In this document: in pieces, positions 21,463 to 31,169 of the stretch
How the letters are laid out: the number at the start of each line of letters is the position of its first letter
Position numbering within the stretch: position 1 is the first letter of the stretch
The notes under the pieces: model-generated
Told to the model about the DNA's origin: nothing
Seen by the model: the letters and a program-made list of their open reading frames with translations, nothing else
Database searches by the model: none
Assembly: GCA_965204535.1 (NCBI GenBank)
Contig: CBDBEV010000001.1
Location: 1,472,001 to 1,536,000 of the forward strand
Direction of reading: 5' to 3'
DNA: 64,000 nucleotides
Origin: a bacterium
GTDB lineage: Bacteria; UBA8248
Program-made: the position numbers and the translations under genes

Positions 21463-22431
21463 GTGCACGATAAAATATCAGGGAATGAAGAATCGAGGGT
21501 AAGAACAGTTGAAATCGAAGGGGTGTCCCTGCATCTGAGCGGACACACCGCCCCCGATCAAGTTTGGATCGGTCAGACAGAGGTGCTGCGTCAGCTTCTG
21601 GCCTGCTGGATGATCGTAGCGGAGGAGGACGTTTCTCTTTCTCCAAGAATTGTCGGCCCACCCGGTATCGGGAAGACGACGCTGGCGATGGCGGCAGCGC
21701 GAGAGAGAAAACAGGAATTGTTCATATTTCAGTGTACCTCCGATACCCGCCCGGAAGATCTCTTGATCACACCCGTCTTGGCGGAGTCGGGAAAAATCGC
21801 ATATCACGCATCCCCTCTCGTTACGGCCATGATGAGGGGTGGTGTCTGTGTGCTGGATGAGGGCAACCGGATGAGCGAGAAGAGTTGGGCGTCGCTGGCT
21901 CCGTTGCTTGATCATCGCCGTTATGTGGAGTCTATCGTTGCGGGTATTACGGTAAAGGCGCACCCGGATTTTCGTTGTTGCGTAACGATGAATGAAGATG
22001 CCTCGACATACGAGGTGCCCGACTACATTTTGTCGAGACTCCAACCAACTTTGGAGCTTGAATTCCCGAACAAAAAAGATGAAATGACCATCCTGAAGTA
22101 TCATTTGCCGTTTGCGCCCGAAGAGATGTTGGCTTTGACGGTGGAGTTTTTGCAGGAAGCCCACGAACTGGACTTGGAGTATTCTCCAAGAGACGGAATC
22201 CACATTCTTCAATTCGCACTGAAGCGTCTTGCGCAGGACCCGGAGCATCCACTCTCCCGAGACAAAGCGTGGCGAGAGGCGCTCGCCAAGGTTTTGGGAG
22301 ATGAGGCATTGGACCTGAAAAGCCTTGCGCAAAGAAGACGGCAAGCCCTCGGTGACGAACCCCCGTCGCTTGATTTCGGCGATATTTTCTTTGGGGGTGA
22401 CAGCCCCTTGGACCCTGAGCGAGACGATTGA
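21463..22431 (+). CDS. MoxR-type AAA+ ATPase
   Basis: GPPGIGKT Walker A, VLDEGNR Walker B, TMN sensor, SRL; AGGAG RBS before GTG 21463. Confidence 0.88.
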   Translation: MHDKISGNEESRVRTVEIEGVSLHLSGHTAPDQVWIGQTEVLRQLLACWMIVAEEDVSLSPRIVGPPGIGKTTLAMAAARERKQELFIFQCTSDTRPEDLLITPVLAESGKIAYHASPLVTAMMRGGVCVLDEGNRMSEKSWASLAPLLDHRRYVESIVAGITVKAHPDFRCCVTMNEDASTYEVPDYILSRLQPTLELEFPNKKDEMTILKYHLPFAPEEMLALTVEFLQEAHELDLEYSPRDGIHILQFALKRLAQDPEHPLSRDKAWREALAKVLGDEALDLKSLAQRRRQALGDEPPSLDFGDIFFGGDSPLDPERDD

Positions 22432-22434
22432 TTC

Positions 22435-24408
22435 ATGGCCTCACGAGATTTCCTGAACATCACCGAGCGGATCAGCGTACTGCCCGTCATCCACGGGTCG
22501 GGAGACTTTGCCGTCGAAGTGCGCGACAGGATTTTGCGACTTGAACCCGATTGCGTTGCGATTCCATTACCACCGTCTTTTCAGGATGAAGTTGAAGCGG
22601 GTGTGGATGAACTCCCCTACGTCTCTATGGTGTCGGTGAATGAAGATGCCCCATCATATTTCAGAGATGATGAAACAGTATTTGATGAGCCATGGGAGCA
22701 GTCCTCACAGCCGGAAGATGATTTCGGTGCTGAAGAAGACCTGGTGGCGGATGAAACAAATTTATCTTCTTATAATTATGTCCCCATCGACCCTTGCCAA
22801 CCCGTTATTTCCGCCCTCAGGGTAGCGATGGGGGAGCGCATTCCCAGAGTCTTCATTGATATGGAAGTAGAGCGTTTTCAGCAGGATATTCATACGCTGC
22901 CGGATCCGTATGCGCTGAAAAAAGTGCCGATGGAGGCTTTCGCCGCATCTCTTTTGACGGCGGCTCCCAAGCCTTCGGCTTCCTCACAGCGCGCCGCGAG
23001 AATCCGCTGGATCGCGAACACCTTGCTCGATCTCGAAGCGCGATACAAGCGCATCGTCTTGGTATGTTCCGCGTTGGATTGGCCCTGGATTCGATCGGCC
23101 TGTCGAGAAGGGCCATCCGGTGGGGATGAATTATTCGAGCTCCACTTGGGCGCGTCGCTCAATCCGCCCCGAAGGCATGGGGTATCAGAAGATACCCTGG
23201 CTTTCCTCTTGGGGGAGTTTCCCTATCAGACGTATTTGTACGAAAGAAACCGCGAAGAATTCCTGGGGGACTCCAACCTTTCCATCGACGGCGTCAAGGA
23301 ACTTCTTCTGGAGGCGAGAGCGTCGTGGTTGAGAGAACATCGGCCGGCGCAGAACTGGGTGACGCCTCAAAGACTCCAGATATTCTTGCAATATGTCCGC
23401 AATCTGACGCTTCAGGGAAGGAGGCTGACGCCAGATTTGTTCACGCTCGTCCTCGCCGCCAAGCAGACCGCGGGCGATGCTTTCGCCTTGGCGATATTGG
23501 AAGTCGCGCGAGAATACCCCTATCAGCGTGAAGCCCCGGAATTCTATGAAGACGATTTTGTCCACGTTGGCGTGGATCGTGCGGTATTCCCGAATGGAGA
23601 CGTTGGGACGCTCAAGAGCCGCCTGGGCGGCTCAGCCGTCACTTGGAGGAACATTTCTCTCAAACCGAAGCCTACTCCGTTTGAAAAGCAGAAATGGGCC
23701 CAGAGGTGGAATCCGTTTGGCATGTGTTCCTGGCCACCGGAAGATGACGCCATAGAGAGCTTTCATACCCATGTGCGTGAGCAGGCCAAGGCGCTCTTGG
23801 GAGAGGATTTGGCACGCACCGAGAAATTCACGACATCAATAAAAGATGGCCTCGATATCAGGGAAACGCTTCGCAACTGGCATACGGGCGAGCTCTATGT
23901 GAAGGAAATTCCCCCCGCGCGAGGAAATCTGGAGGTCGTCGTCTTTTTGTTCGATACGCCTGCCGATTCCGGGAAGTACTCCTGGCGTACGATGTGGTAT
24001 GCGGAACATGATGAGGAATCAACTCTTTGCATGTATGCGACCCCATTTGAGAACAACTTGGTGGGGCCGGGAATAGCGGAATCTCAGTATGGCGGAGCAT
24101 TTTTTGTTTTTCCTCCCAGATATATCGAGGATGTCTGGCGGGATTCGCGCTTTCACTACACAAAGACATTGGAGGAGCGATTGATCGCAGGAGCGTGTTT
24201 TCATTCGCAAGAGCAATTCATCGCTCTGGTGAGTCCCCAACCGCCTAACTCACGCTGGCGGCAGATTGCGCGGTTGTATAAGAAGCATTTGATTCACATT
24301 CCCATTGGTCGATTTTCTGGAGAAACAATCGCCCGAATCCGTCGTTTTCATGTTCTGAACGGGAAAAATATCAGAAGCTATGCCGCGCGGTTTATCCGAG
24401 AAAAGTAA
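22435..24408 (+). CDS. Large hypothetical protein, probable MoxR partner
   Basis: 657-aa ORF 3 nt after the ATPase; N-terminus reminiscent of YehM/TraB-GumN; LDIRETLRNW motif. Confidence 0.8.
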   Translation: MASRDFLNITERISVLPVIHGSGDFAVEVRDRILRLEPDCVAIPLPPSFQDEVEAGVDELPYVSMVSVNEDAPSYFRDDETVFDEPWEQSSQPEDDFGAEEDLVADETNLSSYNYVPIDPCQPVISALRVAMGERIPRVFIDMEVERFQQDIHTLPDPYALKKVPMEAFAASLLTAAPKPSASSQRAARIRWIANTLLDLEARYKRIVLVCSALDWPWIRSACREGPSGGDELFELHLGASLNPPRRHGVSEDTLAFLLGEFPYQTYLYERNREEFLGDSNLSIDGVKELLLEARASWLREHRPAQNWVTPQRLQIFLQYVRNLTLQGRRLTPDLFTLVLAAKQTAGDAFALAILEVAREYPYQREAPEFYEDDFVHVGVDRAVFPNGDVGTLKSRLGGSAVTWRNISLKPKPTPFEKQKWAQRWNPFGMCSWPPEDDAIESFHTHVREQAKALLGEDLARTEKFTTSIKDGLDIRETLRNWHTGELYVKEIPPARGNLEVVVFLFDTPADSGKYSWRTMWYAEHDEESTLCMYATPFENNLVGPGIAESQYGGAFFVFPPRYIEDVWRDSRFHYTKTLEERLIAGACFHSQEQFIALVSPQPPNSRWRQIARLYKKHLIHIPIGRFSGETIARIRRFHVLNGKNIRSYAARFIREK

Positions 24409-24541
24409 TCCTTGCGGTTTTCTTGTGATTAGCTTGTTTTGGAACGCAGGAAGAGGATGGGGAGTCAAGCTATGGAATATCTGCTAGACTCAAAGAGTCG
24501 TTTCATTGAAAATAACCCACTCCCATAAAGGAGTTATAATA

Positions 24542-24877
24542 ATGAATGTCCAGGAACTCGTAGCGAGATTTCCCGAAATTCCGGCAGATTTACATCATGA
24601 AGAAGTCCTGTCCCGATTTGCAGATGTTTTTGGGGGACCTCTTTCCATCGCCCAAAAACCTTCTGCGTGCTCTACGGAGCATGACGCTGCAAACCATTAC
24701 TATATGAAGCTTGTGAACCCTATGGGTATATATCGTCTGGGACTGATGAAACGCGAGATGCTGCTCTCACAAATCGCTGAACTGATTGAAAAGCAAGAAA
24801 TGGACCCGAATTTTGCCGAGACGCTCGTTCCATCTGGTGTTGCGGCGAGTGAGGTCAGGGGTCCTGGCTGCGGATAA
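24542..24877 (+). CDS. Hypothetical protein
   Basis: AAGGAG RBS, 111-aa ORF, terminator downstream. Confidence 0.75.
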   Translation: MNVQELVARFPEIPADLHHEEVLSRFADVFGGPLSIAQKPSACSTEHDAANHYYMKLVNPMGIYRLGLMKREMLLSQIAELIEKQEMDPNFAETLVPSGVAASEVRGPGCG

Positions 24878-24890
24878 GCATTGCGCATGT

Positions 24891-24930
24891 AGAAATTCCC
24901 TCACTCTTTTATGGGTGAGGGATTTTCTTT
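24891..24930 (+). terminator. Intrinsic terminator
   Basis: AGAAATTCCCTCACTC-loop-GGGTGAGGGATTTTCT then TT. Confidence 0.65.
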
Positions 24931-24970
24931 GCGCGCTGGGAATGGTCAATTCATGATGCGGGTCTGATAT

Positions 24971-25897
24971 ATGCAGGCTGTCTCCAAAATTGATCTTGTG
25001 GGCGCATTCGCAAAGGATTTCTTCGACGCACCGGATGAAGCAAAAATCATCGGTGTGTTTCGCCGAAGTTTCTATGCAGAAAATACATTCGGGCAGGTCG
25101 CGTGTATCGGAAAACGGGGTATCGGGCCGGGTCCTCTGAATGCACTTTGTGAATTTTCCGAAAATGTGGATTTTACTGAAATCATTGGTGTCGGAAGTCC
25201 TGTCAGGCTCCAGAATCGTTCGATTCGTCTTGGCCCGAAGGTGAAGATCGACGCGTCCCGCCCGATGGCGTGGGAACCGGAGCCACTACCTAACGGCTGG
25301 GATTTGGAGTTTTTTCTGGGAAATCTCTCGTTTCTTGTTCAGTGGATAGCCGAAACAGGCCCTCGGCAGGGTTTGGCGCCACTCATTGAACACATCGTGA
25401 GTGGCGAGGAGTTTTCAAATAAAGGGGCATTTCAAGCAGTCTCCTGGAAGGGAATTGCGGATTTTGGGCACTGGCTTTCGCATTCGTTGAATGGAGAGAA
25501 AACCCTTGAATTTCCTGCCTCCGCCCGCAGGCTCGTAGGCCTCGGTCCGGGACTCACTCCGGCTGGAGATGATTTTTGGTGCGGTGTGGTGATAGCGTTG
25601 CGCGCGCAGGGCTTTGGGGACATCTTGGAAAAAGTCTCCGACGCCGTCTTGAAACTGGCTGAAGAACGGACGAACAAAATCAGTCGCGCGCATATGGAGT
25701 GCGCGGCCGGAGGCCAGGGAGCGCAGGCCCTGCATGAGACGATTTCGGCGATGGGGATGGCGGATGAGGCGCGCTTGCGTTCCGCTTTGCGTGAGTTGGA
25801 CAAAATAGGACATACCTCGGGCTGGGATTCTCTGACCGGTGTTGTGTGTGTCTTGGAATCCGTGGCGTCATGGAAGGGCCGCCGGATTCTGGCATGA
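24971..25897 (+). CDS. DUF2877 (AllH/YahE-like) protein
   Basis: LVGLGPGLTPAGDDF and IGHTSG..D signatures. Confidence 0.85.
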   Translation: MQAVSKIDLVGAFAKDFFDAPDEAKIIGVFRRSFYAENTFGQVACIGKRGIGPGPLNALCEFSENVDFTEIIGVGSPVRLQNRSIRLGPKVKIDASRPMAWEPEPLPNGWDLEFFLGNLSFLVQWIAETGPRQGLAPLIEHIVSGEEFSNKGAFQAVSWKGIADFGHWLSHSLNGEKTLEFPASARRLVGLGPGLTPAGDDFWCGVVIALRAQGFGDILEKVSDAVLKLAEERTNKISRAHMECAAGGQGAQALHETISAMGMADEARLRSALRELDKIGHTSGWDSLTGVVCVLESVASWKGRRILA

Positions 25898-25916
25898 ATT
25901 TCCTGGAGCGTGGTTG

Positions 25917-26813
25917 ATGAGCAATGTAGCCGTGGTGGGGGCTGGCGCCATAGGCGGCGTGTTCGGGGTGCGGTTATGCCACTCGGACAGGCACGACGTT
26001 ACGCTGTGTGTGCGAAAGCCCATCGACAGACTCGTGGTGGAAACGCCCGATTCCGTCATCGAATCACCGGTGAAGTGCGTTACCTCTCCCTCGGAGGTAG
26101 GGCCCGTGGACTGCGTTCTCCTGGCGGTGAAGGGGCATCAGGTGCCCGATGTCGCGCCTTGGCTGGAGGCTCTCGTGGGTGAGGATACCATCGTCGCCGT
26201 TTTACAGAACGGCGTGGAGCACAGGGAACGAGTGGAGCCGTATGCCCGGGGAGCGGAGGTCGTCCCCGTTGTGGTGAATTGTCCGGCGGACAGGCTGGCT
26301 CCCGGCCACGTGGCGCAGCAGGGAGGCGCCCAACTCGTACCCGAAGAAGGCCGGGGGGCGCGATTTCTCGCGTCCCTTTATGAGGGCACGGATGTTCCGG
26401 TGAAGCCGACAATCGATTTCAAAACAGCCTCTTGGGCGAAGTTGTGCAACAACATCGGCGCAGGACCCGCCACCGCGCTGACGAACAAGGGTAGGGGGGT
26501 GCTGCATGAGCCGGAAGTCGCCGAACTCTGCCGCGGGCTCGTGCGCGAATGCGCCGCCGTGGGGAGAGCGGAGGGCGCGAAGCTGGCGGATGACGTCGCC
26601 GAGCGAACCATCGAGCGCTTGCAGGATGCCGACCCGGAAGCCACCACTTCCATGCTCGTCGACAGGCGCGCCGGACGGCGGGTCGAGGCAGATGCCATGA
26701 CGGGGGCGGTCGTTCGCATCGGCGCCAGGCACGGAATCCCCACGCCCCTGAACGCCGCGATACACGCCCTGCTGGGTTCCATCAATATGCCTGTTATGAG
26801 AAAAACGAATTAA
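25917..26813 (+). CDS. panE: 2-dehydropantoate 2-reductase (PanE/ApbA family)
   Basis: GAGAIGG, LAVK, LQNG, WAKL, TSMLVD, GIPTPLN. Confidence 0.88.
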   Translation: MSNVAVVGAGAIGGVFGVRLCHSDRHDVTLCVRKPIDRLVVETPDSVIESPVKCVTSPSEVGPVDCVLLAVKGHQVPDVAPWLEALVGEDTIVAVLQNGVEHRERVEPYARGAEVVPVVVNCPADRLAPGHVAQQGGAQLVPEEGRGARFLASLYEGTDVPVKPTIDFKTASWAKLCNNIGAGPATALTNKGRGVLHEPEVAELCRGLVRECAAVGRAEGAKLADDVAERTIERLQDADPEATTSMLVDRRAGRRVEADAMTGAVVRIGARHGIPTPLNAAIHALLGSINMPVMRKTN

Positions 26814-26931
26814 ATATCAGTTAGTTATAGATTATTACTGAAATGCCGCGCGATGTCCGGCTCTCCCGGAAACACCCCCCGTTCAATCAGGCTCTTGCCC
26901 CATGCCAAGCGCGCCCGGGTGAATTTGACCC

Positions 26932-27103
26932 CCGCAAATCCGCGCATTTGCCGTCATCGAGTGGAGCGCGGACCGTGGCAGAATTCTCCTGCGCTTGGGT
27001 GCGGCGGCGGAATCCGGCCGTCAAAACCGGTTTTCGCACGCGCATCTGCCCGCATTTGCGCACATCGGGCCCCCGCTGTTGCCCGTATTTGCGCGCATTT
27101 CCC
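26932..27103 (+). repeat. 10-bp CGCATTTGCS-type repeats, probable integrase arm-type sites
   Basis: GCAAAT-CCGCGC-ATTTGC (26934-26951); CGCATCTGCC/CGCATTTGCG/CACATC (27041-27066); CGTATTTGCG/CGCATTTCCC (27084-27103). Confidence 0.55.
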
Positions 27104-27241
27104 CTCGAAAATTTTCAGTAATTTATCGAAAGGCGCGTTCATAATTTAGCTCTATAGACAATGATACTACCTGATACTCTCAGATATGATAAAATGCTGT
27201 ATTCAATGCAGTAATCTTTGCATATCCTTTTTCGCTCCCAC

Positions 27242-27270
27242 TTGCATTTACGTCATACTTACGCTATAAC
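27242..27270 (+). promoter_or_regulatory. Sigma70-like promoter of the integrase pair
   Basis: TTGCAT-17 nt-TATAAC. Confidence 0.55.
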
Positions 27271-27358
27271 GGACTCACGTTTGATGCCGGACGTATGCGT
27301 TTTGATTACGGATCGCCCATACCTTCCGGCCTGCCACACGATTTTCCGGGGATCGCCC

Positions 27359-28540
27359 ATGCCCAGAAGAAGCGACACCAAGCTTACCAAACGCGTGATC
27401 GACGCGCTATCCGTCGAGAAGGACGACGCCGTCTTCTGGGACCGGGACCTGGCGGGTTTCGGGGTGCGGGTCTACGCTACGGGCCGGAAGGTCTACGTGG
27501 TGCAGTCACGGGGTCCGTGGGGACCGAAGCGCGTGGCGCTGGGCAAACACGGCGAGATGTCGTGCGATGAAGCGAGGAAGACGGCGGCCGGCGTCATCGA
27601 CAGCATCAAGCGGGGCGAGGATTTTAGCAATGCGGCGCGCGAGGCGGAACTCACTGTAGCGGGTCTTGCCGGGCGCTTCATGCGCGACCATGCCGAAACG
27701 CACTGCAAGCCCGACACCGCTGCGTCGTACCGCTCCCTGATCGAGAACCACGTCGAACCGGCGCTGGGTGGGATGGCGCTCGCCGAGGTCGGCCGGGCGG
27801 AGGTATCGGCGCTTCATCACGGCCTGCGCGAGACGCCAGTCGCGGCCAACGCGGTCCTGGGGCTGCTCTCGAAGATGTTCAAGATGGCCGAGGCGTGGGG
27901 CCTGGTTCCTCCCGGGAGCAACCCCTGCCGGGGGCTTCGCCGCTACCGGACGCGCAAGCGTGAGCGATTCCTGACGCAGGATGAGTTCCGCCGCCTGGGC
28001 CGGGCGCTGAGTGACTTGGAGACGGAGGGGAAGGCGTGGCCGGCCGCGACCGCGGCGATCAGGCTCCTGACCCTGACCGGTTGCCGGAGGGGCGAGATAC
28101 TGGACTTGCACTGGGACGACGTGGACCGCACGGCGGGGGATCTGAGGCTTCAGGACGCCAAGGCGGGTCCGCGCATGGTTCCGCTCACGGCGCCCGCCAA
28201 GAGGGTGCTGGATGGGATTCCCCGCTCGCCGGACGACCCCTGGGTGATCTCCAGAGGGAACGGGAACGGCCGCCCGTTGAACCTCTCCTACTACTGGGAG
28301 GCCGTGAGGGAGCGGGCGGGGTTTCATGATGTCCGCATTCATGACCTCCGGCATTCGTACGCCAGCCGGGCGCTGGCGCTCGGCGAGAGCCTCTCCGCGA
28401 TCGGCAGGCTGCTCGGCCACCGGCACGTGATGAGCACGGCGCGCTACGCGCACCTGATGCGAGACGCCGAGAAGGCGGCGGCCGCCCGGGTGGGCGAGAG
28501 CATCGGCGTCCACGTCACGAACGGGAGGGTGGAGCGATGA
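27359..28540 (+). CDS. Tyrosine integrase 1 with N-terminal arm-binding (DUF4102-type) domain
   Basis: FWDRDLAGFGVRV; TGCRRGE, K, HDLRH, LLGH, RYAH catalytic set intact. Confidence 0.93.
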   Translation: MPRRSDTKLTKRVIDALSVEKDDAVFWDRDLAGFGVRVYATGRKVYVVQSRGPWGPKRVALGKHGEMSCDEARKTAAGVIDSIKRGEDFSNAAREAELTVAGLAGRFMRDHAETHCKPDTAASYRSLIENHVEPALGGMALAEVGRAEVSALHHGLRETPVAANAVLGLLSKMFKMAEAWGLVPPGSNPCRGLRRYRTRKRERFLTQDEFRRLGRALSDLETEGKAWPAATAAIRLLTLTGCRRGEILDLHWDDVDRTAGDLRLQDAKAGPRMVPLTAPAKRVLDGIPRSPDDPWVISRGNGNGRPLNLSYYWEAVRERAGFHDVRIHDLRHSYASRALALGESLSAIGRLLGHRHVMSTARYAHLMRDAEKAAAARVGESIGVHVTNGRVER

Positions 28541-29811
28541 CGACGAAGCCAGCCATGAAAACGCTTTCCAACCGCGCGGTCGCGAAACTCGCTGTCGAGA
28601 AGGACACCGTGTTCTGGGACCGGGATCTGACCGGCTTCGGGGTACGGGTCTACCCCACCGGTTCAAAAGTCTATATCGCCCAGGCGCGGGGGCCTAAGGG
28701 ACCCAAACGGGTGGCGGTGGGCCGCCACGGGGTGATACACGCCGATCAGGCGCGCAAGCGCGCGGCGCTCGTCATCGCGCGCATCAAGGCGGGCGAGGAA
28801 CCTGTGCCCGAGCCAATGAAGCCGGCCTGCGGTCCCACGGTGGCAGAGCTCGCAAAACGCTATCTAACGGAATACGTCTCGGTGCGGTGCAAGCCGCGCA
28901 CCGTGAAGACGCTCCGCTCCGTGGTCGGCAGGAACATCGTGGCCGCGCTGGGGAAGATGCCGATATCCGCGGTCGAGCGCAAACACGTGGCGGAACTCCA
29001 CCAGAGACTGAGCGCCACGCCCGCGGCGGCGAACCATGCCGTGCGGGCGCTGTCCGCCATGTACCGCCTCGCAGGTGAATGGGGTCTCGTGCCCGAGGGA
29101 ACGAACCCCTGCCGCGCCATCACCGAATACCCGGTCGGCCGTCGGGAGCGCTTCCTCACCGAGGCGGAATTCGACCGACTAGGACGCGCACTCGACAAAG
29201 TCGAGACGGAGGGCGGCGCGTCCGCGTCAGCCGTGGCCGCCATCCGTCTCCTGATAGGGACCGGGTGCCGGAAGTCGGAGATCCTCACGCTGCGCTGGGA
29301 GGAGGTGGCGCTCGATCAAGCGGAACTACGGCTCTCAGACTCCAAGACGGGCGCACGGGTGGTCTCGCTCTCGGAACCCGCGGTGAAACTCCTCGCGGGT
29401 CTGCCGCGCACCCCCGGGGTTCCCTGGGTGATCCCCGGCAGGAAGCCGGGCACGCACCTGCGAAAGCTCGACGACGCCTGGCGGACCGTCCGCTCGCGGG
29501 CGGGCCTCGAAGACGTGCGCCTCCATGATCTCCGTCATTCGTTCGCCTCGAGGGCACTTGCGCTTGGCGAGGGGCTCACCGTGATAGGGAAGCTCCTCGG
29601 CCACGCCCGCATCGAGACCACCTCGCGCTACGCGCATCTCGCGCGCGATTCGGTGCGGGAGTCCGCCGAGCGGGTGGCGAAGAGCATCGCGGAGGACATA
29701 TTAGACGAAAGATATCCAGTCACGAGCGCGACGGACGAGAGACTGACTCCCGGACAAAAACCAGCCAGCCGCCGACGCTGTGACGGCTCATTGAGCAACG
29801 AAACACGATAA
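28537..29811 (+). CDS. Tyrosine integrase 2, paralogue of integrase 1
   Basis: Same architecture; TGCRKSE, DSKTG, HDLRH, LLGH, RYAH; ATGA overlap with integrase 1. Confidence 0.93.
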   Translation: MTTKPAMKTLSNRAVAKLAVEKDTVFWDRDLTGFGVRVYPTGSKVYIAQARGPKGPKRVAVGRHGVIHADQARKRAALVIARIKAGEEPVPEPMKPACGPTVAELAKRYLTEYVSVRCKPRTVKTLRSVVGRNIVAALGKMPISAVERKHVAELHQRLSATPAAANHAVRALSAMYRLAGEWGLVPEGTNPCRAITEYPVGRRERFLTEAEFDRLGRALDKVETEGGASASAVAAIRLLIGTGCRKSEILTLRWEEVALDQAELRLSDSKTGARVVSLSEPAVKLLAGLPRTPGVPWVIPGRKPGTHLRKLDDAWRTVRSRAGLEDVRLHDLRHSFASRALALGEGLTVIGKLLGHARIETTSRYAHLARDSVRESAERVAKSIAEDILDERYPVTSATDERLTPGQKPASRRRCDGSLSNETR

Positions 29812-29945
29812 CAGAATGGTTGCTGCTGGGCGTGTTGGGCGCTACATGATGCCCATGAACCGTTCGACTGACCGATATCGAGACCGACTCCCGGAACGTA
29901 TGTTCGTGGTACCTGTCGCGTTCAGTGGCCAGTGAGGATGGGGGT

Positions 29946-30182
29946 ATTAAGAAACCGGAGATATTCGGCTATATTACCGGTCAGGTGGTCGCGGAAAGCG
30001 CAGTCAAGGCCGTATTCGCGGCCATCGGCGACGCACTCGCAAGGGACGAAAACGTCATGATCGCCGAACTCGGCGCCTTCTCGATGAAAAACCGTTCTGC
30101 TCGCACGGGTCGTAATCCCCGTACTGGCGAGGTCCTGGCGTTCCCGTCACGAAAACAATTGCGCCCTCTGCTGATCGGGTGA
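29946..30182 (+). pseudogene. Degenerate HU/IHF-family DNA-binding protein
   Basis: LGAFS..RSARTGRNPRTGE signature; ATT where ATG is expected (IKKPEI), shortened N-terminal helices, lost C-terminus. Confidence 0.75.
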
Positions 30183-30263
30183 TAAAGCGCGTGATGATGA
30201 ATCGAATTGCGAACATGGCGAGTCGACTCCTGCTTCATTTTGTGATCTTGGAGGCTTTCGTTC

Positions 30264-31070
30264 ATGTATAGGGAAGAACCGCTCCTTGCTCATCCTCCAC
30301 CGGATGCCACCTTGTGGCGCTATATGGACTTTACCAAATTTGTTTCGATTCTCGAGAAAGACGCTTTGTTTTTTCCTCGGGCGGACAAACTAGGAGATCC
30401 GTACGAGGGATTTTTGCCGGAACGTGTTTTAGAAACCCTGCGGAAATCATTTGCAAATCAAGCCGATCCACGATCCAACATTTATTGGAACATCACTCAA
30501 GCTTTCAGGACTATATGTGCGTTTACGTTAATCTCTTGTTGGCACGAGAGCACCGACGAATCGGCAGCGATGTGGAGGTGTTATGCTGAGTCAAATAATG
30601 GAATTGCTATTAAGACAACCTTTGGATCACTGTGTCAAAGTCTGATTTGTGAACCGGATGTATTCATTGGTCGGGTCAGTTACATCGACTACGAATCACC
30701 GGCTCCTGTAGGAGTTCTCGACGAGGATGATCCATTATTTCATATGAAGAATGGGGACCATCCCCTGAGACTTCGAAGTCAATTCTTCAAAAAAAGAAAA
30801 GCTTTTTTCTATGAACAGGAAGTCAGGGCACTATGTTCACTTTCGTTAGATGGCTTGTTTGCTGGTGGCATGACGAAAGAAATCCCTGAGCCATCCTGTG
30901 GTATTGGGATGCCCCTTGAGATAAACCTTCATCATCTGGCCCATGAGTTTGTTGTCTCTCCCTTTGCGGTGGACTCCTTCTTTGAGCTGGTTTCTGCTTT
31001 GCTCCAACGATACCAAGTGGATATTCCTGTAAGGCATTCATCCATTAGAGGTAATCCTTTGTGGAGCTAA
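30264..31070 (+). CDS. DUF2971-family protein (AT-richer cargo)
   Basis: LWRYMDFTKF, DPYEG, SCWH, MWRCYA, KRKAF.YEQEVR. Confidence 0.8.
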   Translation: MYREEPLLAHPPPDATLWRYMDFTKFVSILEKDALFFPRADKLGDPYEGFLPERVLETLRKSFANQADPRSNIYWNITQAFRTICAFTLISCWHESTDESAAMWRCYAESNNGIAIKTTFGSLCQSLICEPDVFIGRVSYIDYESPAPVGVLDEDDPLFHMKNGDHPLRLRSQFFKKRKAFFYEQEVRALCSLSLDGLFAGGMTKEIPEPSCGIGMPLEINLHHLAHEFVVSPFAVDSFFELVSALLQRYQVDIPVRHSSIRGNPLWS

Positions 31071-31169
31071 CCGTTTCAGTCTGTGTTCGAAATTTGTTCT
31101 GCGCAGGTGTTCGAAACCAATTAAATTGCGCCGGGGTGCCCTGAGGCGCCAACCTGTGAGAGGGGATCG

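Noticed and set aside
26800-27350. tRNA or tmRNA integration target
   Set aside because: No cloverleaf or T-arm/CCA pattern found
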